DNA from: Eukaryota sp. TZLM1-RC
Taxonomy: Eukaryota > Protista > Metamonada: BaSk clade
Direction of reading: 5' to 3'
DNA length: 64,000 bases
Assembly (NCBI GenBank): GCA_040285825.1
Contig: JAUPSS010000002.1
Span: 3,348,001 to 3,412,000, forward strand
In this document: one piece after another, positions 47,901 to 56,988 of the stretch
Layout of the letters: each line of letters begins with the position of its first letter
How positions within the stretch are numbered: position 1 is the first letter of the stretch
Made by a program: the position numbers and the translations under genes
The notes under the pieces: model-generated
The model's database searches: none
What the model was told of the DNA's origin: nothing
Seen by the model: the letters and a program-made list of their open reading frames with translations, nothing else

Positions 47901-50371
47901 GATTAGACAAAGAACACCGCACTTTGCTAAATGCAGAATCAGAATTCGACTCTAGGATCGCTCAACATTCGATTGGGAACTTAGATAACCAATCACCAAG
48001 TCCTTCTGATTTTGAGGAGCAATTAGCAAGATCTGGATGTGAGATAAATTTAGATGATAGTAATAATAAACTAAAATTAACGAGTCTACTAAAATTATTC
48101 AGCGATGTTTTTAGTGAAACTCCTAATAGAAAAGTAATCGATTGTAATCCTCTAACAATCCCCTTTAGAGATGAGAATGCAATAATACACAAGCCTGCTA
48201 GACGGTTAAATCCCAGCAAAATGGAAATAGCAAACAAAATATTTGATGAACTGATCGAAATGGGCTATGCAGTTGAATCTAATTACAAATTCAGCTCTCC
48301 TATTGTCTTAGTTATATATCCTGACGGCAAGAAACCCAGGTTAACTGGAGACTTTAGTGGTAATGATGGAGTCAATGCCCATACGATTTCAGTAGAGCCT
48401 AATCTACCTAGGATTAGTGATATTTTAGAATTTTTGAGTAGAGCAAATTACATCGCCACGCTTGATTTACCAAAAGCTTTCTGGCAGATGAATGTAGCTG
48501 AGAAGGATATTGAGAAAACATCAATCTCAATCCCTGGAAGGTCAATCATGTTTAAAAGAGCTTGCTTCGGATTAAAGAACATCCCAGCAGTTTTTCAAAA
48601 CGTAATGATGGAAATTTTCCAAATAGACGGCGTTTTCATATACATTGACGATATCATAATAGTTGGAACGACATTCGAAGACTTTTATAAGAGATTACAA
48701 AGAGTCCTCCAATGCGCCAGAAATAGACGTGTAAATATAGGCTTACGTAAATGTAAATTCGTAACATCAAAACACCCTATCGACATTTTAGGAAGTACCT
48801 TCCAGGATAAAACTAGATTTATTAGTAAGAAAAAAATCGAAGCCTTGATGAGAATCCCTAGACCAAAAACAGTGAAAGAAGTTCGCTTATTGGTAGGATC
48901 CATCAATTATATTAGAGATTGGCTTCCAGGTATTTCTGAATTAATTGCTCCAATTAACGAGCTAATTAAAGGAAAACCCAGAATAATTAAATGGACTAGC
49001 AAGCATGACGATTACTTAAAACAAATAAAAGACTTAATAGTAAACCACATGCCCCTTGAATTACCAGCTCCGGGCAAGCGAGTATTGATAAGTACTGACG
49101 CTTCAGATGTAGCAGTAGGAGGTGTCATTTGGCAAGAAATTGAACCCTACTCCCCTGCAGGAACCCCGCTAAATAGAAGGAAAGTAAAACCTTTGTCATT
49201 CTATAGTAGATTACTTACAGAAACACAAAGAAAATGGTCCACATTACAAAAAGAATTATATGCAATACTCTTGATTTTAACTGAAAGTTGTTTAGAAAGC
49301 TACTTGTTAGCTAGACACTTAACAATTTTCACAGATCATAAAAACATTGCATTCCTGGCTACAGCCCCAGAGAAAAATAGAATTGTAAAGAGATGGCTGC
49401 CGATACTATCTGAATTCGACTTTGACATAGTCCACGAACCTGGTGAAGACAACCATTGGGCAGATATGTTATCGAGGAATATTGATTTGGATCAAAACGA
49501 GGAAACTCCTTCTATTTGTAGCATAAATATACCAGATACTTTACTTTCAAATTACGAGATACCTCCACTAGACGATGATTCTGATTCGGATCTTGAAGAC
49601 ATCCCATCAATCTCATCTCTAATTAGACACCAAGACCTACCTATTTTTTCTTCTTGGTTCTCTAAGATAAGATCTGAACAACAAATAGCCAAAAACAACA
49701 ACGACTCGTTATTTGAAAATGCAATTCTAGATGAAAATACTCAAATTTGGAAAAATAATAAAAACAAAATTTTGATTCCAAAGAGCCTCAGAAAACAGGC
49801 ACTTCTATTAATACATGGTTTGGTTCAATCTGGTCACCCTAGCAAAAACGATAGTTTACACAAACTATCCAAAAGCGATTTTTACTGGCCCAATATGAGA
49901 AAGGACCTTATTAATCATGTCAAGAGATGCCCAACTTGTCAAAAAACGGCTCCAGCTAAAAGATCAAAAACACCTTCCACAGGATCTTTATGGGCAGATC
50001 GTCCTTTTGCCAGATTAAATGTCGATACAACTGGACCCCTAAATTCTGACAACGAAGAAAATAAATATCTATTAGTATTTGTAGACTCTTTTACTGGATA
50101 TACAATTTTAGTCCCTCTAAAAGAACTCAATGCTTTAGAAACCGCAGATGCCTTAATTTGGAATGTTTGCGCTATCTTCGGCATACCTATGTTAATTCAT
50201 AGTGATAATGGACCTGAGTTCGCCAATGCGACTTTCAAAATAGTGTGTAACAGATTAGCGATTGAGATGAGTAATTCAATTCCCCACTATTCAGAAAGTA
50301 ATGGACTTGTAGAACGTAAACATAGAGACGTTCTTCAATACTTAAGGAAACTATTAATAGATTTCGAATGA
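44981..50371 (+). CDS. gag-pol: gypsy-2 gag-pol polyprotein (gag, protease, RT, RNase H, integrase core)
   Basis: TIDSAA, LDLPKAFWQ, FIYIDD, STDASD, FTDHKN, NHWADMLSR, GH..CPTCQ, HSDNGPEF, NGLVER; ends prematurely by an apparent extra base at ~50366. Confidence 0.93.
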   Translation: MIGDTQKVLEIPLNERNELIKALDKLSRETFGRNAERRPRISGMDKRINELMSLPIKDRLDWKASFLDQYGRRIRFLSIEQRSRTDSEDILQSKLPAWFDPNFDTEIHNYTELTEGAPTYFREFMEQEDSSEQDKLEPVTPWFDADALNNIHTERSAVSTYRSRPNNYIQQHGNSFTKQREFRQWVTGDPSTSLHLPKLPVVAPIISEKSQPIQVCSIDSIPEHVPTVNVPEPVARQDVAPQEEPTSSHPMECEIGEDIELNGPVVGETAPPQPSVRNSSSDRSMRIEDLQSSRRAIDMSIASSLHRQIDPRPKDIDYKRPRLSADDPINKMSIIAFLLKYQTWDKYGRKIANRSFEAPGQSDWTRAFMIATQLFGEGQAEITQDRIKDLPKHIRDEIARDTTQPLVRIDPAITDMLGPPIHHYDLFRSMMMSTCPTGISSMIDPSLLSRWQSQGLLGVDYTDADVMVFLLKRTQFTSYHEACTALMKPRINWRKIHNRHEADNEFGRYVEDFGDVLRMTTYMTDLTIPDLIRGSSGLMTISPALIAEYFLMGLDNFAISSELLPVWTRESLWDSPNRTTLLDMISTTRRHFLAWCYTAGNKPTMDVLRNRANEEDIPLGLTAMRTYSRGVTPSAQAPSKRARRSGGKSRGTPQHKYIPEKHEREGSKFCTFCSNVEGNNPVGQTVFECKDPRCARSRVPKEERFRLGEQEAPASRGSVERGRGGRGRRVHRFKFRGRGGRFRGHKGRGQYRPIHNINTTEDISSNASPTESKPTRSSTIPHRRINNSNRNSRTGNFPNRVHINAINHNQSTTDLGNPVNNFPTAQQNLLIPLQIHQTSSDINSIFDINSTVSENHVRSQRSPFLRLEISINDIKMIATIDSAAFCSVITADLAEQCHMSINSKDTIKFLPANNVSTKSLGSATGFLSFNVGSIAQQVHYKHTLPIIPGSNKLLIGTDMLKALGLQTDDGLFIRLDKEHRTLLNAESEFDSRIAQHSIGNLDNQSPSPSDFEEQLARSGCEINLDDSNNKLKLTSLLKLFSDVFSETPNRKVIDCNPLTIPFRDENAIIHKPARRLNPSKMEIANKIFDELIEMGYAVESNYKFSSPIVLVIYPDGKKPRLTGDFSGNDGVNAHTISVEPNLPRISDILEFLSRANYIATLDLPKAFWQMNVAEKDIEKTSISIPGRSIMFKRACFGLKNIPAVFQNVMMEIFQIDGVFIYIDDIIIVGTTFEDFYKRLQRVLQCARNRRVNIGLRKCKFVTSKHPIDILGSTFQDKTRFISKKKIEALMRIPRPKTVKEVRLLVGSINYIRDWLPGISELIAPINELIKGKPRIIKWTSKHDDYLKQIKDLIVNHMPLELPAPGKRVLISTDASDVAVGGVIWQEIEPYSPAGTPLNRRKVKPLSFYSRLLTETQRKWSTLQKELYAILLILTESCLESYLLARHLTIFTDHKNIAFLATAPEKNRIVKRWLPILSEFDFDIVHEPGEDNHWADMLSRNIDLDQNEETPSICSINIPDTLLSNYEIPPLDDDSDSDLEDIPSISSLIRHQDLPIFSSWFSKIRSEQQIAKNNNDSLFENAILDENTQIWKNNKNKILIPKSLRKQALLLIHGLVQSGHPSKNDSLHKLSKSDFYWPNMRKDLINHVKRCPTCQKTAPAKRSKTPSTGSLWADRPFARLNVDTTGPLNSDNEENKYLLVFVDSFTGYTILVPLKELNALETADALIWNVCAIFGIPMLIHSDNGPEFANATFKIVCNRLAIEMSNSIPHYSESNGLVERKHRDVLQYLRKLLIDFE

Positions 50372-51146
50372 TTACGGAAATTGGTCTACATACGTACCTA
50401 TATCCCAACTATTAATAAATTCTACTAAAAGCAGAAAAACTGGTTTTACCCCATACGAACTCATGTTCGGTTCTTCGATTAGTCCAAGAACAGACCCTGC
50501 TAATATATTAGGAAATTTATCCAAATTTGAAACTAATACCCCCTTATTATATGACATCATAATAAAAAACACTCGTCTACAAGAAAAAAGGGAAGAAGCA
50601 GAGCGTCACCAAACATTAAATACTCCGTCTTCAGTAGATAATACTAATTCGTGTTTTATAGTATTTAATATTGGTGACTACGTCTTACGTAAAACCAAGC
50701 AAAATAATAAATTGCATGGATCTTGGAATGGACCATTTTTAGTTATTGACCTTCCTTCCAATTCCACTTTATTATTGAAGAATCTTACTACTTGCACAGA
50801 ATTAAAAGCTGCCAAGAAAGATTGCAAAATCTATAACGCAGAAAATCCACAGGACATTGAATTCCTCAAGGCAGTCGCTGCAGGCGATTCCGAAAAACAC
50901 GTTGTAGAGAAAGTCCTCTCAGAATACCACTCTGATTCAGGTAGTTTCTGTACTGTTCAGTGGTTTGGCGGTGAGACAACAGAAGAGCCACTCCATTCGG
51001 TTAAACATTCAGAAGCTTATAAGTTATTTAGTAAGGATAACAAGAAAATTGGAAAACGTACCACTAGTCGACGACAAAGTACCTCCAATGAGTCTACGCC
51101 TTCTAAGAGGCCTAGACGCAGTTATAGAATTAGGAAGAGGAGCTAA
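50367..51146 (+). pseudogene. gypsy-2 integrase C-terminus with GPY/F motif and chromodomain (frameshifted continuation)
   Basis: NDYGNWSTYVP..INST..TGFTPYELMFG, KLHGSWNGPF, HVVEKVLSEY..CTVQWFGGETTEEP. Confidence 0.85.
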
Positions 51147-51259
51147 TTCTTAGTTTATATTGATTATTTATATTATATCGATTATATGTATTTATTATAG
51201 TTGTTTTGTTAATTGTATATAGTTTTTATTTCATATTCATATAAGCTGATTTATTTTTT

Positions 51260-51275
51260 AAAAGGGAAGAAGCAG
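51260..51275 (+). promoter_or_regulatory. polypurine tract of gypsy-2
   Basis: AAAAGGGAAGAAGCAG directly before the 3' LTR. Confidence 0.85.
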
Positions 51276-51354
51276 TGTTGGCGCCCTAAGGCTTATATAA
51301 TATGAATAGAAAATAAATCAGACTTTTCTTTACTACAATAGACTTTAGGCAACA
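51276..51354 (+). repeat. gypsy-2 3' LTR (79 bp)
   Basis: Direct repeat of 44285-44363; has AATAAA where the 5' LTR has AGTAAA. Confidence 0.95.
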
Positions 51355-54300
51355 CGAAAACGCATGTTTAGAAGCCATTCATGGTTTTTTAACAAAAGTC
51401 CATAAACAGAGGGAACTTGAGTTACTAAAGCAGCAGCAGAACTATCACGAATATCTTTTAAAAAATTACCGAAAGCGGGATTTTTAGTTTTGGCCAAGCC
51501 AAAAATACAATCCTGTTTTGCCAGTAAACACGATTGAAAAAAAAATTTCTTCCAGTTCTTTCCTTTACAACTACAACAAAATCTTCAAGGAAAGCCATAG
51601 CAGCCTTACCTAGAGATTTAAGCAAAGAAAAAACAAATGGACATAAATTATATTGGGCATGAGAATTTTCATTAACCGATAGGAAATGGGTTTCGCATAT
51701 TTAGCAATTTTATATTTTTCGCCTGCAAGAAGAGGATTATTTACATCCGAGTTAATGAGATGTTCGTTAGAGGAATTACAAGGGTCAATAGACATGGCGT
51801 CTAAAAAAGTAAAACTACCATTTAAACCGGCAACAACTAGATCACCTCTTGTCAGACCCATAGAAGCTCTGTTGTTGCGCGTACTATCAATATTGGGGTC
51901 ATCAAGAATTAATTTTGATAACAGCGGTTCTAAAAAGGAATCTACTCGATGTGATTTACACATTACATAAATTTGGTCCCTGACGTTATTATGCACTTTG
52001 CTTCTAAACGTAATGAAATGTTTACAGTTCAAAAGATGAGTAAACAAAAGAGGTTTACCACATTTACAAGTTAAATGATTGGGCAAATTGTTTGGCCACA
52101 GAAAACAACGAAAACGCATGTTTAGAAGCCATTCATTGTTTTTTAACAAAAGTCCATAAACAGAGGGAACTTGAGTTACTAAAGCAGCAGCAGAACTATC
52201 ACGAATATCTTCTAAAAAAATTACCGAAAGCGGGATTTTTAGTTTTGGCCAAGCCAAAATACAATCCTGTTTTGCCAGTAAACACGATTGAAAATTCTTC
52301 CAGTGCTTTCCTTTACAACTACAACAAAATCTTCAAGGAAAGCCATAGCAGCCTTACCTAGAGATCCAAGCAAAGAAAAAAGAAATGGACATAAATTATA
52401 TTGGGCATGAGAATTTTCATTAACCGAGGAAATGGGTTTCGCATATTTAGCAATTTTATATTTTTCGCCTGCAAGAAGAGGATTATTTACATCCGAGTTA
52501 ATGAGATGTTCGTTAGAGGAATTACAAGGGTCAATAGACATGGCGTCTAAAAAAGTAAAACTACCATTTAAACCGGCAACAACTAGATCACCTCTTGTCA
52601 GACCCATAGAAGCTCTGTTGTTGCGCGTACTATCAATATTGGGGTCATCAAGAATTATTTTTGATAACAGCGGTTCTAAAAAGGAATCTACTCGATGTGA
52701 TTTACACATTACATAAATTTGGTCCCTGACGTTATTATGCACTTTGCTTCTAAACGTAATGAAATGTTTACAGTTCAAAAGATGAGTAAACAAAAGAGGT
52801 TTACCACATTTACAAGTTAAATGATTGGGCAAATTGTTTGGCCACAGAAAACAACGAAAACGCATGTTTAGAAGCCATTCATTGTTTTTTAACAAAAGTC
52901 CATAAACAGAGGGAACTTGAGTTACTAAAGCAGCAGCAGAACTATCACGAATATCTTCTAAAAAATTACCGAAAGCGGGATTTTTAGTTTTGGCCAAGCC
53001 AAAAATACAATCCTGTTTTGCCAGTAAACACGATTGAAAATTCTTCCAGTGCTTTCCTTTACAACTACAACAAAATCTTCAAGGAAAGCCATAGCAGCCT
53101 TACCTAGAGATCCAAGCAAAGAAAAAAAAGAAATGGACATAAATTATATTGGGCATGAGAATTTTCATTAACCGAGGAAATGGGTTTCGCATATTTAGCA
53201 ATTTTATATTTTTCGCCTGCAAGAAGAGGATTATTTACATCCGAGTTAATGAGATGTTCGTTAGAGGAATTACAAGGGTCAATAGACATGGCGTCTAAAA
53301 AAGTAAAACTACCATTTAAACCGGCAACAACTAGATCACCTCTTGTCAGACCCATAGAAGCTCTGTTGTTGCGCGTACTATCAATATTGGGGTCATCAAG
53401 AATTAATTTTGATAACAGCGGTTCTAAAAAGGAATGTACTCGATGTGATTTACACATTACATAAATTTGGTCCCTGACGTTATTATGCACTTTGCTTCTA
53501 AACGTAATGAAATGTTTACAGTTCAAAAGATGAGTAAACAAAAGAGGTTTACCACATTTACAAGTTAAATGATTGGGCAAATTGTTTGGCCACAGAAAAC
53601 AACGAAAACGCATGTTTAGAAGCCATTCATTGTTTTTTAACAAAAGTCCATAAACAGAGGGAACTTGAGTTACTAAAGCAGCAGCAGAACTATCACGAAT
53701 ATCTTCTAAAAAATTACCGAAAGCGGGATTTTTAGTTTTGGCCAAGCCAACAATACAATCCTGTTTTGCCAGTAAACACGATTGAAAATTCTTCCAGTGC
53801 TTTCCTTTACAACTACAACAAAATCTTCAAGGAAAGCCATAGCAGCCTTACCTAGAGATCCAAGCAAAGAAAAAAGAAATGGACATAAATTATATTGGGC
53901 ATGAGAATTTTCATTAACCGAGGAAATGGGTTTCGCATATTTAGCAATTTTATATTTTTCGCCTGCAAGAAGAGGATTATTTACATCCGAGTTAATGAGA
54001 TGTTCGTTAGAGGAATTACAAGGGTCAATAGACATGGCGTCTAAAAAAGTAAAACTACCATTTAAACCGGCAACAACTAGATCACCTCTTGTCAGACCTA
54101 TAGAAGCTCTGTTGTTGCGCGTACTATCAATATTGGGGTCATCAAGAATTAATTTTGATAACAGCGGTTCTAAAAAGGAATGTACTCGATGTGGTTTACA
54201 CATTACATAAATTTGGTCCCTGACGTTATTATGCACTTTGCTTCTAAACGTAATGAAATGTTTACAGTTCAAAAGATGAGTAAACAAAAGAGGTTTACCA

Positions 54301-56734
54301 CATTTACAAGTTAAATGATTGGGCAAATTGTTTGGCCACAGAAAACAACGAAAACGCATGTTTAGAAGCCATTCATTGTTTTTTAACAAAAGTCCATAAA
54401 CAGAGGGAACTTGAGTTACTAAAGCAGCAGCAGAACTATCACGAATATCTTTTAAAAAACTACCGAAAGCGGGATTTTTAGTTTTGGCCAAGCCAAAAAT
54501 ACAATCCTGTTTTGCCAGTAAACACGATTGAAAATTCTTCCAGTTCTTTCCTTTACAACTACAACAAAATCCTCAAGGAAAGCCATAGCGGCCTTACCTA
54601 GAGATCCAAGCAAAGAAAAAACAAATGGACATAAATTATATTGGGCATGAGAATTTTCATTAACCGAGGAAATGGGTTTCGCATATTTAGCAATTTTATA
54701 TTTTTCACCTGCAAGAAGAGGATTATTTACATCCGAGTTAATGAGATGTTCGTTAGAGGAATTACAAGGGTCAATAGACATGGCGTCTAAAAAAGTAAAA
54801 CTACCATTTAAACCGGCAACAACCAGATCACCTCTTGTCAGACCCATAGAAGCTCTGTTGTTGCGCGTACTATCAATATTGGGGTCATCAAGAATTAATT
54901 TTGATAACAGCGGTTCTAAAAAGGAATGTACTCGATGTGATTTACACATTACATAAATTTGGTCCCTGACGTTATTATGCACTTTGCTTCTAAACGTAAT
55001 GAAATGTTTACAGTTCAAAAGATGAGTAAACAAAAGAGGTTTACCACATTTACCAGTGAAATGATTGGGCAAATTGTTTGGCCACAGAAAACAACGAAAA
55101 CGCATGTTTAGAAGCCATTCATTGTTTTTTAACAAAAGTCCATAAACAGAGGGAACTTGAGTTACTAAAGCAGCAGCAGAACTATCACGAATATCTTTTA
55201 AAAAATTACCGAAAGCGGGATTTTTAGTTTTGGCCAAGCCAAAAATACAATCCTGTTTTGCCAGTAAACACGATTGAAAATTCTTCCAGTGCTTTCCTTT
55301 ACAACTACAACAAAATCTTCAAGGAAAGCCATAGCAGCCTTACCTAGAGATCCAAGCAAAGAAAAAAGAAATGGACATAAATTATATTGGGCATGAGAAT
55401 TTTCATTAACCGAGGAAATGGGTTTCGCATATTTAGCAATTTTATATTTTTCACCTGCAAGAAGAGGATTATTTACATCCGAGTTAATGAGATGTTCGTT
55501 AGAGGAATTACAAGGGTCAATAGACATGGCGTCTAAAAAAGTAAAACTACCATTTAAACCGGCAACAACCAGATCACCTCTTGTCAGACCCATAGAAGCT
55601 CTGTTGTTGCGCGTACTATCAATATTGGGGTCATCAAGAATTAATTTTGATAACAGCGGTTCTAAAAAGGAATGTACTCGATGTGATTTACACATTACAT
55701 AAATTTGGTCCCTGACGTTATTATGCACTTTGCTTCTAAACGTAATGAAATGTTTACAGTTCAAAAGATGAGTAAACAAAAGAGGTTTACCACATTTACA
55801 AGTGAAATGATTGGGCAAATTGTTTGGCCACAGAAAACAACGAAAACGCATGTTTAGAAGCCATTCATTGTTTTTTAACAAAAGTCCATAAACAGAGGGA
55901 ACTTGAGTTACTAAAGCAGCAGCAGAACTATCACGAATATCTTTTAAAAAATTACCGAAAGCGGGATTTTTAGTTTTGGCCAAGCCAAAAATACAATCCT
56001 GTTTTGCCAGTAAACACGATTGAAAATTCTTCCAGTGCTTTCCTTTACAACTACAACAAAATCTTCAAGGAAAGCCATAGCAGCCTTACCTAGAGATCCA
56101 AGCAAAGAAAAAAGAAATGGACATAAATTATATTGGGCATGAGAATTTTCATTAACCGAGGAAATGGGTTTCGCATATTTAGCAATTTTATATTTTTCGC
56201 CTGCAAGAAGAGGATTATTTACATCCGAGTTAATGAGATGTTCGTTAGAGGAATTACAAGGGTCAATAGACATGGCGTCCAAAATAGTAAAACTACCATT
56301 TAAACCGGCAACAACTAGATCACCTCTTGTCAGACCCATAGAAGCTCTGTTGTTGCGCGTACTGTCAATATTGGGGTCATCAAGAATTAATTTTGATAAC
56401 AGCGGTTCTAAAAAGGAATCTACTCGATATGATTTACACATTAGATAAATTTGGTCCCTGACGTTATTATACACTTTGCTTCTAAACGTAATGAAATGTT
56501 TACAGTTCAAAAGATGAGTAAACAAAAGAGGTTTACCACATTTACAAGTGAAATGATTGGGCAAATTGTTTGGCCACAGAAAACAACGAAAACGCATGTT
56601 TAGAAGCCATTCATTGTTTTTTAACAAAAGTCCATAAACAGAGGGAACTTGAGTTACTAAAGCAATAGCAGAACTATCACGAATATCCTTTAAAAAATTA
56701 CCGAAAGCGGGATTTTTAGTTTTGGCCAAGCCAA
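51355..56734 (-). repeat. 746-bp tandem array of family B zinc-finger+RLE module, right part (7 units + rest of the interrupted unit)
   Basis: Junctions at ~51502, 52257, 53002, 53750, 54496, 55242, 55988; open frames 52239-52997, 53706-54491, 54452-55237, 55198-55983, 55944-56729. Confidence 0.97.
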
Positions 56735-56988
56735 ATTTTTTTTTTAAAATTTAATTTTATTCTCAACCTATAAATCAACATCTAAAAAATCCATCTCTCC
56801 CAAAACAAAAACACTAGATGCAACTCTCTCATAGTGAGATCCAAGAGAAAGCAAAGCATCAGAAACCATCTTCAACATCCCCTTAAAAATAGAAAACACA
56901 ATTCTATTTTGCCAAAACAATCTGTTGAAATTTCTGCCAGTTCTTCTCTTTACAATCATTTCAAAATCATCCAAAAAACGTAAAGCAG
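56735..56988 (-). mobile_element. family C 3' end with poly(A)
   Basis: DDFEMIVKRRTGRNFNRLFWQNRIVF..FLDVDL*, AATAAA, A10. Confidence 0.88.

Larger units (their letters stand above)
44285..51354 (+). mobile_element. Ty3/gypsy LTR retrotransposon 2, full length, chromodomain-bearing, inserted in the array
   Basis: Two 79-bp LTRs TGTTG..CAACA (2 mismatches), 4-bp TSD CGAA (44281-44284, 51355-51358), PPT, gag-PR-RT-RH-IN-chromo order. Confidence 0.97.

Noticed and set aside
50355-50375. Programmed break after the integrase core (both gypsies stop near DFN)
   Set aside because: The lesions differ (+1 base versus TAG) and gypsy-1 has further stops; coincidence is sufficient.
37119-56448. Repeated plus-strand 63-94 aa ORF MGFAYLAILYF...
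   Set aside because: Antisense shadow of the RLE frame; length varies with a sense-strand Y/N change; no domain features.
36693-56734. CRISPR-like or diversity-generating cassette interpretation of the array
   Set aside because: No spacers or hypervariable segment; variants are scattered SNPs in contiguous units.
36693-56734. Pure assembly artefact
   Set aside because: Units carry distinct shared variants, a TSD-flanked gypsy interrupts one unit and a diverged junction copy exists at 28010; exact copy number still needs reads.
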